Positions 48,195 to 58,529 of a stretch of 64,000 nt of DNA are shown piece after piece. A model generated the notes under the pieces. It was given only the letters and a program-made list of their open reading frames with translations, was not told the DNA's origin and searched no databases. The position numbers and the translations under genes are program-made. The stretch comes from Candidatus Hadarchaeota archaeon (GTDB lineage: Archaea; Hadarchaeota; Hadarchaeia; Hadarchaeales; JAGGTB01), in the NCBI GenBank assembly GCA_964399085.1, contig CAYNPN010000002.1:9237-73236 (forward strand). Reading direction: 5' to 3'. The stretch's first letter is position 1. Each line of letters begins with the position of its first letter.

Positions 48195-49342
48195 TCCCTC
48201 ATCTCCCTCATTTCCTGTTTTGTCAATACTTGGGATTCACCGGTGTCGGCATCGACAACTGTAACTCTTTCTGTACAACAGAAGCAGGGATCGATGCTTG
48301 CCACGACAATTGGAACTTCGGCCACAGTTTCCCCTTTTAATTTTTCCAAGATTGCAAGGATGTTTCCTAGTGTTGGAGCTCTAATTTTAACTCGAGCCGG
48401 TTTTTCTCCGCCTTCCGATTTGATGTGATAGAAGAGCTCCCCTCTCGGAGCTTCTACCCTGTCAGTTACTGTGTTTTCGGGGAACTTTCTAGGAGCCTTA
48501 ACGGTAAGGTCCCCTTCCGGCAAATCCTCAATCGCTTGGCGAATAATTTTGATACTTTCGAATAATTCCAATATTCGAACCTTTGCGTTCGCCAGCACGT
48601 CTCCGCCCGAATCGGTAATCACATCGAAGTCCAACTCATCGTAGGCTGCGTATGGATCATCTCTTCTTATGTCGGAGTCTACCCCAGAGGCCCTAGCGGT
48701 CGGTCCCACTGTGCAAAGGGTTTTAGCGTCTTCATAAGAAAGGACTCCTTCTCCTTTACATCGGGCCTTTATTGTCGGGTCCGATAGAAATACGTCAGCA
48801 TAATGTTCGGTAGCTTCTTCAAGGTCATCCAATGCTTCAGCAGCCATTTTGACTTCCTCTTCACCAATATCGAATCTGACTCCACCAATTGTGTTGAGGG
48901 CGTAATTTACACGATTGCCGGTGATGGCTTCGAGCACATCCAAGACGCGCTCTCGGTCCCTCCATGTGAGCTGGAATAGAGTCATGAACCCTATCTCGTG
49001 GGCAGCTATTCCCGCCCAGAGAAGATGGGAGTGCACCCTTTCGAGCTCGGACACAATTGTTCTGATATATTTGGCCCGAGGAGGGGCTTCTATTTCGGCT
49101 ACTTTCTCAGCAGTTTGAGTATAAGCGATAGTATGGATGCCAGAGCATATTCCACAAATCCTTTCCGATAGATATATTCCGCGCTCGAAGTTTCTTTCCA
49201 TCATTGCTTTCTCTATACCCCGATGCATGTATCCGAGCCGGACATCGGCGTCCACTATTTCCTCTCCTTCGACTGTAATATCGAAGTGTTCGGGTTCTTC
49301 CAAAGCCGGATGCTGGGGTCCTACCGGAACTGTATAAGTCAT
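48191..49342 (-). CDS. mbhL: Mbh [NiFe] hydrogenase large subunit (NuoD/HycE-like)
   Basis: N-terminal RICGICS and C-terminal DPCFCCTER Ni-ligand motifs, followed by a C-terminal extension of about two dozen residues. Confidence 0.9.
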   Translation of the reverse strand: MTYTVPVGPQHPALEEPEHFDITVEGEEIVDADVRLGYMHRGIEKAMMERNFERGIYLSERICGICSGIHTIAYTQTAEKVAEIEAPPRAKYIRTIVSELERVHSHLLWAGIAAHEIGFMTLFQLTWRDRERVLDVLEAITGNRVNYALNTIGGVRFDIGEEEVKMAAEALDDLEEATEHYADVFLSDPTIKARCKGEGVLSYEDAKTLCTVGPTARASGVDSDIRRDDPYAAYDELDFDVITDSGGDVLANAKVRILELFESIKIIRQAIEDLPEGDLTVKAPRKFPENTVTDRVEAPRGELFYHIKSEGGEKPARVKIRAPTLGNILAILEKLKGETVAEVPIVVASIDPCFCCTERVTVVDADTGESQVLTKQEMREMRE

Positions 49343-49941
49343 TCTTCCTCTTCCTCCTCCGATTCTTCTACCCTATTCTCCAACCATTCTACAAGGGTTT
49401 TTCTATTTTTATTTTCTTTTTCAACTTCAAGCATTATTTCGGGTTCAAAGTCTTCGTCTTTGGCAATGTCCTTGATTTCGGAGACTTTTTTATCGGCTAA
49501 TTCGCGGTAGTTGAACATGCCCTTTCTCAGCGGATGCTTGTTTTCAGGCCAGTCGTCGGCAAGGACTAGCTTCCGGGAGTTTGGATGGTTTTCTATTTCT
49601 ATACCAAGGAGGTCTTGTAGTTCAAGTTCGTAGAGCTGGGCCCCAGGGAAGGTCCCAGAAATAGTGGGAACAGTCCCATCGTCCTTAGAGACGTTTATCG
49701 AGAGGTCAAGTAAGGTTCCCTCTCCACAGTCAACATGATATATGATTTCAAATTCATCCCCCATATCCGTACCGCTGATTGTCGTTATATGATATAAGCC
49801 GGAATCCGAGAGTGTCTGTAAAGCACTTAAGTATCTCTCCTTATCCGTTGTTGCTTGGACTCTTCTCTCGCCTGATACTTCCGTTTCGTCAACGTACTCC
49901 TCTATCAGATTTTCTATTTCTTCCGGTTTCATGCTTCCCAC
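49339..49941 (-). CDS. mbhK: Mbh subunit K (NuoC-like) with poly-Glu tail
   Basis: NuoC-like core (YHITTISGTD, FPGAQLYELELQDLLGI); ends ESEEEEEE. Confidence 0.8.
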   Translation of the reverse strand: MGSMKPEEIENLIEEYVDETEVSGERRVQATTDKERYLSALQTLSDSGLYHITTISGTDMGDEFEIIYHVDCGEGTLLDLSINVSKDDGTVPTISGTFPGAQLYELELQDLLGIEIENHPNSRKLVLADDWPENKHPLRKGMFNYRELADKKVSEIKDIAKDEDFEPEIMLEVEKENKNRKTLVEWLENRVEESEEEEEE

Positions 49942-50348
49942 TCATCCAGTACTTTTACTATACCGTCGATGATTGCCTCCGGTTTTGGAGGACAGCCAGG
50001 AACATAAGCATCGACAGGAAGAATTTCATCCAAAGGAGTCTCCACGTTGTAACACCCGTCTAAAACGCCACCCGTTATCGGGCAGGCCCCAATTGCTATA
50101 ACTCCTTTGGGTTCCGGCATCTGATCGTAAATTCTGACGAGTCTATCCTTGATCTGTTTAGTGATTGTGCCCGTCACGAGTAAGATATCTGCGTGTCTCG
50201 GAGTCCCCTGTCTGAGGATACCAAATCTTTCGACGTCGTATCGAGGCGTCAGTGCCGCGGCCACCTCAATAACGCAACCGTTACAACCCCCGGTTTCGAG
50301 ATTCACGACCCAGGGAGATTTTCTCATAAGAAATGTTTTCAAGCCCAT
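49929..50348 (-). CDS. mbhJ: Mbh small subunit (NuoB-like, [4Fe-4S])
   Basis: GGCNGC, GACP, GCPP cluster-ligand motifs. Confidence 0.88.
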   Translation of the reverse strand: MGLKTFLMRKSPWVVNLETGGCNGCVIEVAAALTPRYDVERFGILRQGTPRHADILLVTGTITKQIKDRLVRIYDQMPEPKGVIAIGACPITGGVLDGCYNVETPLDEILPVDAYVPGCPPKPEAIIDGIVKVLDEWEA

Positions 50349-50351
50349 TTT

Positions 50352-50735
50352 TTACACCACTCGTAGCACAATCCATACGAGTACTAGGATTATAACCATA
50401 CCCCAGACCACCCAACTTAGATAAGCATTCAGATCGCCGCTGTGACTCGGCCTGATTGTGTCGTAAAATCCTTGGAAAAACTCCTTTATCGGAGAAAAGA
50501 ACATCTCGCTGTCCGGACGCGTTTCGTCCACATCCAAATCCTCTCCACAAGCGTAAGTGGCCGTTTTACCCTTTGTGGGATTTTGAGGAGCAGTTTTTCG
50601 GCTGCCTGCGACTATTAACCAACCTATAAGTATCCCCAAAAACAGGCCCGCTGCGATAAATATTGATATCCCGTATCCGCCTGTTGCCTCGATTGTCGGT
50701 CCAAAAACTACCATATCTTTCCAGCCTCCTCGCAA
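50352..50735 (-). CDS. mbhI: Mbh membrane subunit I
   Basis: 127 aa, two TM helices at the ends; position between the MrpD-like and NuoB-like genes as in Pyrococcus mbh. Confidence 0.6.
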   Translation of the reverse strand: MRGGWKDMVVFGPTIEATGGYGISIFIAAGLFLGILIGWLIVAGSRKTAPQNPTKGKTATYACGEDLDVDETRPDSEMFFSPIKEFFQGFYDTIRPSHSGDLNAYLSWVVWGMVIILVLVWIVLRVV

Positions 50736-50778
50736 TTTTGTTTATTGATTATAACCCCGTTATAAATAATTTATGTGT

Positions 50779-52320
50779 TTATACAGGCACTGCCTGCAAG
50801 ACTTCTTTTATGTAATGTGAGTGGTTGAGGAGAATCTTTTGAGCGGGTTGGGTTATTTCTATTCCGATCTGAGGGAGAATGCCTAAGATGAGACATAGTC
50901 CCGCTAGGACACTCATCGGGAATATTATGTAGCCCGGTACCTCTTTAACATTCGAGGTGTCTATCGGGGAGGTTCCGAGGAAGACCATGCTGAAAGCTTT
51001 CAGGAGATAGGCTAAGGTTAGGGCAGATATTATGACTGCGATCACGGTGAGAATTGAGAATCCCGTCTCTACACCGGTCCGGTATATCATTAGCTTGCTC
51101 CAGAATCCGTTTAGGGGTGGAATGCCTGCCAGAGCTAGGGTCCCAATCAAGAAGACCCCGGCCGTTATTGGCATTTCTCTTCCTAACCCTCCTAAATCCT
51201 CGAGTTTCGAGGTTCCCACCCTATAGACAACTGCCCCCGCGCATAGGAATAGCAAGGACTTGTATATTACGTTGTTGAACATGTGGAAGAGTCCAGCTTC
51301 TATTCCGAAAGTTGAGTTGGCTAGAGTTCCGAGCCCAACCGCCATTAGGACATATCCCATTTGTGATATTCCGGAATAGGCCAGAAGCCTCTTTAGGTCG
51401 CTTTGGACTAGAGCCATGAATGCTCCGAGAATCATCGTGATTATTCCAAGTGCTACAAATACCCTACCAACTTCTAGCGCCCCGAAAAGTAGGTAACTAA
51501 TTCTCAGGAGGGCTCCCAAACCGACTATGGTAGTACCACCTGCCAAGATAGCACTAATCGAAGAAGGTGCGGATTGATAAGCGTCGGGTAACCAGGCATG
51601 TAAAGGGGCCATTCCGATTTTTATCCCAAATCCTGTGATAAATAGGATGAGTGCCACTATTGCGAGCATGGGGAGCTGAGCTCCGTAGGTTGAAAATCTG
51701 ACTGCTAGATCTGCGATATTTAATGATCCTGCTAGACCATAAACCATAGCTATCCCTAGGAGGATAGAAGTTGTCCCCACAGTTCCGATTACAATATATT
51801 TAATTGAGGCCTCGATCGATTTCCCCGACCGATAGAAGGCGACCAAGGCATAGGACGGTATGGACATGACTTCGAAGAATACGTAGAGGTTGAAGATATC
51901 ACCGGTGAAGGCGACTCCCATCATACCGGCAGTGAGAATGAGAATAAGCGTGTAGTATTTACCGATTCCGGTTTCCCTCTCTATGAAGGTAATTGAATAT
52001 ATTATGACTAGAAGACTCAACCCGGATGCCGCAATTCCGACCAGGGCAGCCAGACCATCTATTGCCAGATTGATTCCGAAGGGAGCAGCTCTTCCGGCCA
52101 ATTGATAAACTATAATTTTTCCACCAAAGGCCTGTAGGGCAACGTCCATCACCATTGCCAGTGTGAGGGCAACTATAATCAGCGCAAAACCGTCCCGGAG
52201 TTTAGGCCTTTCAATCCGCTCCGCTATGAGATTTATGATTGGTGAGAAGAAACCACCTAGCAATGGCAGGGCTATGGCTAAAATCGGCGCAGCGCCTCCG
52301 AATAATGGTAGACTTATCAT
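50779..52320 (-). CDS. mbhH: Mbh subunit H, MrpD/NuoL-like antiporter subunit
   Basis: 513 aa, about 14 TM helices, LHAWLPDAY motif. Confidence 0.88.
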   Translation of the reverse strand: MISLPLFGGAAPILAIALPLLGGFFSPIINLIAERIERPKLRDGFALIIVALTLAMVMDVALQAFGGKIIVYQLAGRAAPFGINLAIDGLAALVGIAASGLSLLVIIYSITFIERETGIGKYYTLILILTAGMMGVAFTGDIFNLYVFFEVMSIPSYALVAFYRSGKSIEASIKYIVIGTVGTTSILLGIAMVYGLAGSLNIADLAVRFSTYGAQLPMLAIVALILFITGFGIKIGMAPLHAWLPDAYQSAPSSISAILAGGTTIVGLGALLRISYLLFGALEVGRVFVALGIITMILGAFMALVQSDLKRLLAYSGISQMGYVLMAVGLGTLANSTFGIEAGLFHMFNNVIYKSLLFLCAGAVVYRVGTSKLEDLGGLGREMPITAGVFLIGTLALAGIPPLNGFWSKLMIYRTGVETGFSILTVIAVIISALTLAYLLKAFSMVFLGTSPIDTSNVKEVPGYIIFPMSVLAGLCLILGILPQIGIEITQPAQKILLNHSHYIKEVLQAVPV

Positions 52321-52688
52321 TCTCTCAACTCCCTAATTTTGGCCGGATTTAGAGTATCATATTTCTTATAGATATAAATTGATAGGGAAAGGGCGAGACC
52401 GACGATACAGATATCAATAACAATAGAAGTGAGAACTAGTACTTGCGGGACCGGGTCCACTGCTCTGGATAAAAACTCCTGGAAAGTTATATCTCCGGTA
52501 AAAATCGGAGCGATAGGGTTGACTCCGGATCCTGGATTTCTGTACCCTATGCTGATCAATAAGAGATGCACCCCGTCCGTTAATATCTCCAGCCCGATAA
52601 CCATCTTGATTAGATTTCTTTTGGAAAGTAAACAGTAAATCCCTATGACGAAAAGCAATATCGCTATTGGATAGTGAAGGCTGATCAT
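52317..52688 (-). CDS. mbhG: Mbh subunit G (MrpC/NuoK-like)
   Basis: 123 aa, 3 TM helices, start/stop overlaps with neighbours. Confidence 0.7.
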   Translation of the reverse strand: MISLHYPIAILLFVIGIYCLLSKRNLIKMVIGLEILTDGVHLLLISIGYRNPGSGVNPIAPIFTGDITFQEFLSRAVDPVPQVLVLTSIVIDICIVGLALSLSIYIYKKYDTLNPAKIRELRE

Positions 52689-53125
52689 TCCGCCTCACCC
52701 CTAAGTCCTAGCATCGCGTAGAATATTGTTACAACTCCAGCAGCAACCTTCATACCGACACCGATATTAAGGACAGGAAAGCTACCGCCACTGAATAGGG
52801 TATTTATAATCCCTCTCGGTAAGATGTCTCCGAGAAAGCTTCCAACCATGAAAATACCCATTATACCAAGTCCAATTAGAATCAGTGCTCCGATGGACTC
52901 GGAAACCTCGGCGGAAAAGGAATCAACCCTATCTTGGGCGGTATCGAATCCATAAGCTAGGAGTAGCATAACTACGGAAGCGGCAATTATGACCCCACCG
53001 GGGAATCCTCCACCAGGTGTGAGGTGACCATGAACGATAACATAGATTCCAAATAGGAATAGGAAGGGGAAAATCAACCGGGAAACGGTCTTCACGATTA
53101 TAGTCATTCCGCCTTCATCCTTCAT
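52685..53125 (-). CDS. mbhF: Mbh subunit F (MrpB-like)
   Basis: 146 aa, 4 TM helices, HGHLTPGGGFPGG motif. Confidence 0.75.
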   Translation of the reverse strand: MKDEGGMTIIVKTVSRLIFPFLFLFGIYVIVHGHLTPGGGFPGGVIIAASVVMLLLAYGFDTAQDRVDSFSAEVSESIGALILIGLGIMGIFMVGSFLGDILPRGIINTLFSGGSFPVLNIGVGMKVAAGVVTIFYAMLGLRGEAE

Positions 53126-53565
53126 TCTTCTTCCTCCTTTGTAGCTCTAAATAAAGCTGCTATGCCAGCGACGGCGGTAAATATCACCGTGGCTTCTCCA
53201 ATGGTGTCGTAACCCCTGAAGTCCCAGAGAACGGCTGTAACAACATTTGCAGCTCCCGTGGACTCCGGAGCGTTTTCCAGAATATGAAAACCGATACTTC
53301 GGAGATTTTCGGGTTTTCTTAGATAGTCCCTGTTTTCTAGTATTGTGTTCGTCCATTCTTGGGCTTTCTCTTTTCCGACGTTTTCACTTTCGAAGTAATT
53401 GTAAAGTGCCTGTTCATAATTTTCTTTAAATTGGCGCTTTGGGAAACCTCCGAAGGGAGATAGACTTCTTTTTTCGAATGTTGCGGTTTGACTGAATACA
53501 ACAGCACCTATGAAAACTCCGCCTATTATAAACACGACTGCCATTATAGCCCATTTCCTATTCAT
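53122..53565 (-). CDS. mbhE: Mbh subunit E
   Basis: TM anchor plus GAANVVTAVLWDFRGYDTIGE motif (MrpA C-terminal/MrpB-like). Confidence 0.7.
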   Translation of the reverse strand: MNRKWAIMAVVFIIGGVFIGAVVFSQTATFEKRSLSPFGGFPKRQFKENYEQALYNYFESENVGKEKAQEWTNTILENRDYLRKPENLRSIGFHILENAPESTGAANVVTAVLWDFRGYDTIGEATVIFTAVAGIAALFRATKEEEE

Positions 53566-53807
53566 TCTTCTTCCTCCCGTTCCGTTCTACTTATAGCCAC
53601 CATATAAAGTACTGTTGCAATTCCTCCGTAAACTGCGGCATTTGTTATGGCGACATCCGGTGCTTGTAATAAGAAGAAGATAATGGAGATAATGATGCTT
53701 GCCCCACCCATCAGGACTGCGGCATAAAGTAGATCTTTTAATTCCACTGCTACTAGACAGATTATTGGAATAAGTATTAGTAGGAAGTTTTGAATTAACC
53801 AATTCAT
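53562..53807 (-). CDS. mbhD: Mbh subunit D
   Basis: 81 aa, 3 TM helices, APDVAITNAAV motif. Confidence 0.65.
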   Translation of the reverse strand: MNWLIQNFLLILIPIICLVAVELKDLLYAAVLMGGASIIISIIFFLLQAPDVAITNAAVYGGIATVLYMVAISRTEREEEE

Positions 53808-54133
53808 TTTTCTACCTCCTCGAGAGCATCACTCACGGTGCCGGACCACATTTCGACCTCCGATTCGTGAGCGGCCTTTGCGATGGCGTGTGAAGACACG
53901 GGGTTTGTCACGAAAAGGAAGATTGCGATTAGTAAAGCCTTGATGGTAAAGATATTGTAACCCTTCAATATGGCTATCCCGATTAGGATAACTATAGTAC
54001 CTCCTACAACTGAAATCGTCTCGGAATGTATCCTGTTATAAACATCCGGCATTCTGAGAACCCCTAGTCCTCCTATGAACCCAAATATAGCGCCGATAAT
54101 GAGTAGAATCTTGAATATTAGAGTTCCAATCAT
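53804..54133 (-). CDS. mbhC: Mbh subunit C (MrpG-like)
   Basis: 109 aa, LGVLRMPDVYNRIH motif. Confidence 0.75.
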   Translation of the reverse strand: MIGTLIFKILLIIGAIFGFIGGLGVLRMPDVYNRIHSETISVVGGTIVILIGIAILKGYNIFTIKALLIAIFLFVTNPVSSHAIAKAAHESEVEMWSGTVSDALEEVEK

Positions 54134-54417
54134 TCTTCCAACCCCTTTCCTTCAAGATATTTTGATACCGCCACCCCTCCAAGAAATGCTAGGAAAGCGT
54201 ATACCAAAGCAACGTCCATAAAGAAGGGCTGCCAGTTTATTGCAAGCAGCGCCAAAATGGCGATTGTTATACCTGTCAATGCATCAATTGCAACTACTCT
54301 GTCGGGCCCAGATGGTCCCAAGAAAGCCCTGACTAGACAAAGGAGGGCGGAAATAGCTAGGACGCCGATAACGACTGTGATGAGTAAATCCATTGAAATA
54401 GGTATTATTCCACTCAT
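54130..54417 (-). CDS. mbhB: Mbh subunit B (MrpF-like)
   Basis: 95 aa, 3 TM helices, GPSGPDRVVAIDAL motif. Confidence 0.75.
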   Translation of the reverse strand: MSGIIPISMDLLITVVIGVLAISALLCLVRAFLGPSGPDRVVAIDALTGITIAILALLAINWQPFFMDVALVYAFLAFLGGVAVSKYLEGKGLEE

Positions 54418-54941
54418 CCTAGTCCACCTCGTAGAAACCTCTCGAGGGGTTCTCCCACTTCTTCCTTGACCTTTTCGGTATCAGCGCTTCCCGCCGATAT
54501 CCAATGAACGTATAATTCCGATTCTCCTTCTTCTTCAGGGTTAATGTTTACAGTTAAGGTACCTGGAGTCATGGTGATAGAATCAGCCAAAGCAGTTAAT
54601 CCAACATCACTTTTGAGTTCGGTAGGAAGACGCACGATTGCAGGTTTGAGGGGAAGGTTAGGATGAAGAATTCGGGAAGCGACATCGAGATGAGATTTAA
54701 TTTCTTCCCAAATATAGGCAGGGATATAAGCAATGAGGTACCCCCATTTTTTCGGATTTATCATAGAACCAGGATCTCTTGTAAATAATTCATAAGAAAT
54801 GCCACTCACGAAGGCGGCGCTTATCCCTCCAACCAGTAATTCTTGATAAAAACCTTTTGCGGAAGGATTGATAGCACCTGTAAATAATATCCAAGCTATC
54901 CAAGTACAGACGAAGGTCGCTATTATTTTTTTCGCCGCCAT
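54414..54941 (-). CDS. mbhA: Mbh subunit A (MrpE-like)
   Basis: 175 aa, 2 N-terminal TM helices, SITMTPGTLTV motif; first gene of the operon. Confidence 0.75.
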   Translation of the reverse strand: MAAKKIIATFVCTWIAWILFTGAINPSAKGFYQELLVGGISAAFVSGISYELFTRDPGSMINPKKWGYLIAYIPAYIWEEIKSHLDVASRILHPNLPLKPAIVRLPTELKSDVGLTALADSITMTPGTLTVNINPEEEGESELYVHWISAGSADTEKVKEEVGEPLERFLRGGLG

Positions 54942-54966
54942 ATTGTCCGATAGATTGAACTAGAAC

Positions 54967-54978
54967 TTTATATATTTT
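54967..54978 (-). promoter_or_regulatory. putative TATA box of the mbh operon
   Basis: TTTATATATTTT / AAAATATATAAA, centred about 31 nt upstream of the mbhA ATG (54941). This suggests a leaderless or very short-leader transcript. Confidence 0.3.
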
Positions 54979-55209
54979 CCCTCTTAACATTTTTAAGTAA
55001 AATCATAGCACCGTGTATATTGTAATATATCTAAAATAAACGGTTATTTGAGGTTTATTGGTTTTCTCAGCCGGAGAACAAATTAAATATATTCTGTAAG
55101 ATAGAGTAGTTTGTTTTTCCAAAAGGAGGGTTGAGATATTTCCAATGCTTCCAAGATTCCCCATCCATTTTTTGGGAGACTGTAGAAAGTAGAACCGGAG
55201 AATGTAAGA

Positions 55210-57465
55210 ATGTCTGACCAGAGGAAAAAGGCTGAGATATTGGTTCAGGGCATCGTCCAAGGAGTCGGATTTCGACCGTTTATCTATAGGTTGGCCAACG
55301 AGGTTGGATTATCTGGCTCCATCAAAAATCTAGGCGATGCCGGTGTTGAAATCATCTTGGAAGGACCTGAAAAAGAAATCCAAAATTTTCTGGATAAACT
55401 AAGAGAGGAAAATCCCCCCCTCTCCGAAATCCAGTCCGTCGATTTTGAGTATTCGAGTCCCGAGGGAATTGAGGGATTTGAGATTCTTGAGTCGGCGGAA
55501 GGCGGGGAGGGGAGTGGTACTATACCCCCGGACACAGCCATGTGCGACAAGTGTCTTGAAGATATGCGGGATCCGGAGAGTAGATATCACGGGTATTGGG
55601 GAACATCGTGTGTAGATTGTGGGCCAAGGTTTACCGTCATCCGGGGTTTGCCCTATGACCGGCCGAGGACATCTATGAAAGAGTTCCCCATGTGCGATGA
55701 ATGCAGATCCGAATATGAGGATCCACTCGACCGCAGATATCACGCTCAAACGATCGCTTGTCCCAATTGTGGCCCCGAATTATTTTCTATTCCAGATTCT
55801 GAGAATTCGGTAGAAAGGACTGCCGAGACTATCGAGGAGGGTAAAATAGCCGCAATAAAGGGAGTTGGCGGAACACATCTCGCCTGCGATGCATACGATG
55901 ACGAGGCGGTAATTAGGCTGAAACGCCGACTGAAAAGATTACACAAACCTCTAGCAGTGATGGCTCGAGACTTGGAAATGATAAGAGAGTTTGCTACATT
56001 CAACGAAGAAGAAAAAGGAACCCTCAAGTCGATTAAGAGGCCGATTGTTATCCTCGACCAAATCGAAGAATCCTCTTTATCTTCTGAAATTTCGGAGGGT
56101 CTACATAATGTGGGAGTCATGCTTCCATATACTGGAGTTCATTATCTCCTTTTCGATTATATCGACTTTCCAGTGGTAATGACAAGTGCCAATCTGGCAG
56201 GGAGACCCATGCTGATTGAAAATGAAAATATAATTTCGGAGCTGGATGATATTGCGGATTTCATACTTCTCCATGACAGAAAAATTGTGGCAAGATGCGA
56301 CGATTCGGTCGTACGGTTCTCCGGCGGAGCTAGAAGATTTTTGAGGAGATCTAGGGGGTGGGCACCTTCTCCCATACCACTTGATTTGGGTGAAGAACCG
56401 ATACTGGCGCTTGGAGCGGAGTTTGACAATACTATTGCAATTTACGACGATGGAAATTGCTACGTCTCTCAGCATATAGGCGATGTGGATGATCTCGAAA
56501 CTATTGAATTTCTCGAGGAGACGATTGATCATCTGATCAATATAACGAATGTGGAGATGCCGGAGAGGGTAGCTTGTGATCTACATCCCGATTTCATGAC
56601 TACGGAACTTGCGGAGCGGATGAGCGAGGCGCCCATACGTGTACAACATCACCATTCTCATCTTGCATCGATTTTGGGTGAGAAAGGGATTGAGGAAGTG
56701 ATCGGGATAGATGCTGATGGTATCGGTTATGGACCAGATGGCACGGTTTGGGGAGGGGAGATAATGTATGCAAATACATCGGAGTTTGAACGATTGGGAA
56801 GTTTGAGCACGATGCTAATGCCAGGTGGGGACAAGGCATCCAAGTATCCTGCAAGGATGATTGCTGGAATCTTCTACGATTCTTCCGACCTATCCGAAAT
56901 TCTAAAGAGACACGCGGAGTTTCCTGGCGGCGATGAAGAGCGAGAGATTGTGGAAAAGCAAGTTAGAGAAGGATTTAATTCCCCAAAGTCGACTAGCGCC
57001 GGGAGAACTCTCGATGCAGTTTCTTCCCTCCTCGACATTTGTCAGGAAAGAACTTACGAGGGAGAGCCGGCGATGAAATTAGAATCCATTGCAACGGAAG
57101 GTACTCCTCTAGAAGTTACCCCTGAGTTAGAAATTCAGGAGGGAAGACCAGTTCTAAGCGTTCAATCCCTGCTGAGGGATCTTATCGAGTTGAAGGAGGA
57201 GGGAAAAAGTAAGGAGGATATTGCGGCAACTGCCCAAAATGTTTTGGCTAAAGGCCTGACTAAGATAGCAGTCAGACAGGCGAGAGAACAAGGAATAGAA
57301 AATGTCGCCTTTACGGGCGGAGTTGCATATAATGATGCAATTGGCTGGCGAATTAGAGAAATCATAGAGGAATCCGGACTGAATTATTTCACTAATGAAA
57401 AATTACCTTGTGGAGATGGCGGCGTTTCGTTTGGACAATTGATCATAGCATCTGATTCTTGGTAG
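55210..57465 (+). CDS. hypF: [NiFe] hydrogenase maturation carbamoyltransferase HypF
   Basis: Acylphosphatase-like VQGIVQGVGFRPF, two zinc fingers (CDKC...CVDCGPRF, CDEC...CPNCGP), YrdC and Kae1-like domains; 751 aa. Confidence 0.92.
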   Translation: MSDQRKKAEILVQGIVQGVGFRPFIYRLANEVGLSGSIKNLGDAGVEIILEGPEKEIQNFLDKLREENPPLSEIQSVDFEYSSPEGIEGFEILESAEGGEGSGTIPPDTAMCDKCLEDMRDPESRYHGYWGTSCVDCGPRFTVIRGLPYDRPRTSMKEFPMCDECRSEYEDPLDRRYHAQTIACPNCGPELFSIPDSENSVERTAETIEEGKIAAIKGVGGTHLACDAYDDEAVIRLKRRLKRLHKPLAVMARDLEMIREFATFNEEEKGTLKSIKRPIVILDQIEESSLSSEISEGLHNVGVMLPYTGVHYLLFDYIDFPVVMTSANLAGRPMLIENENIISELDDIADFILLHDRKIVARCDDSVVRFSGGARRFLRRSRGWAPSPIPLDLGEEPILALGAEFDNTIAIYDDGNCYVSQHIGDVDDLETIEFLEETIDHLINITNVEMPERVACDLHPDFMTTELAERMSEAPIRVQHHHSHLASILGEKGIEEVIGIDADGIGYGPDGTVWGGEIMYANTSEFERLGSLSTMLMPGGDKASKYPARMIAGIFYDSSDLSEILKRHAEFPGGDEEREIVEKQVREGFNSPKSTSAGRTLDAVSSLLDICQERTYEGEPAMKLESIATEGTPLEVTPELEIQEGRPVLSVQSLLRDLIELKEEGKSKEDIAATAQNVLAKGLTKIAVRQAREQGIENVAFTGGVAYNDAIGWRIREIIEESGLNYFTNEKLPCGDGGVSFGQLIIASDSW

Positions 57466-57497
57466 GTTCCGAATAGGTTTCTTTCTACAAATCGTTT

Positions 57498-58529
57498 TTA
57501 ACATATCCTGGGGATTGGCTTCCTTCTTGGAGGCTTGAGTAACCTGTGACTTCCTATCTCGGTTTCTAAAACGACCCTTCCTGCATTTTTTTGAGTACAT
57601 TCGCCGATTATGGTTGCCTCTTTACCGAGCTCGTGAGATCTCATAACATCCAAGAGCTCTCCGGCCTTTTTCTCTTCCACCCCTACCACAGCTTTGCCCT
57701 CATTAGCAATCATGAGCGGATCGATTCCCAACATCTCAGAAGCTCCTCGGACCTCTGGACTTACCGGGACCTTCTCCCTGGATACAGATATACCCACTTT
57801 GCTACTGGTGGCCATTTCGTTTAGAGCAGCGGCCAGACCACCCCTAGTTGGGTCTTTCATCGCGTTTATACCTCCTACCTCTAGGATTTCCTTTATCAGT
57901 CCATTGAGCGGTGCTATATCGGATTGTATAGATGAGTCAAAGTTTTCTCTATTGGATACTATCGTCATTCCGTGGTCTCCTATCGTCCCGGAGACCATGA
58001 TTTTATTGCCCACCTTCAAACCTGAAGTAGGAGTCAGTTTCTTACTAATTCCCACCCCCGAGGTATTTATCAATATTTCGTCTATTTCTCCCCTTCCTAC
58101 TACCTTAGTATCGCCAGTAACGATGGGTACCCCTGCTTCTTCCGCCGTGTTACCCATTGATTCGGAAATTTTGGACAGTTCATCTCTATCGAAGCCCTCC
58201 TCTATAACGATTCCACTCGATAGCGCTTTCGGATCGGCCCCCATAACCGCCAAATCGTTGATTGTGCCCGCTACAGCTAGCTTTCCCAGATCCCCGCCCG
58301 GAAAAGATCTCGGTTTCACCACATGAGAGTCCGTGGTAAAGACGATGTGTTCTTCCTCGGAAATTTTGATTGCCGCTCCATCGTCCAATTCTTTTATACC
58401 CAGATCTACGTTTCCACCCTTTCCTTCGATAAATGGAAAGATGGATTCTTTGAGAAGTTTTATCATCTCCTCCCCGCCTGCGCCTTCTTCGAGCGATATG
58501 CCATTACTCAATTTCAGGTCTGCCCCCAT
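57498..58529 (-). CDS. hypE: hydrogenase maturation protein HypE
   Basis: PurM-like fold, C-terminal ...PRIC-stop. Confidence 0.9.
   Translation of the reverse strand: MGADLKLSNGISLEEGAGGEEMIKLLKESIFPFIEGKGGNVDLGIKELDDGAAIKISEEEHIVFTTDSHVVKPRSFPGGDLGKLAVAGTINDLAVMGADPKALSSGIVIEEGFDRDELSKISESMGNTAEEAGVPIVTGDTKVVGRGEIDEILINTSGVGISKKLTPTSGLKVGNKIMVSGTIGDHGMTIVSNRENFDSSIQSDIAPLNGLIKEILEVGGINAMKDPTRGGLAAALNEMATSSKVGISVSREKVPVSPEVRGASEMLGIDPLMIANEGKAVVGVEEKKAGELLDVMRSHELGKEATIIGECTQKNAGRVVLETEIGSHRLLKPPRRKPIPRIC

Noticed and set aside
57694-58326. 210-aa plus-strand ORF inside hypE, and similar antisense ORFs (e.g. 8809..9363 in the aminotransferase and 47359..47754 in mbhM)
   Set aside because: Each is fully nested antisense to a gene with strong family motifs, and each has a Ser/Pro/Ile-rich shadow composition.
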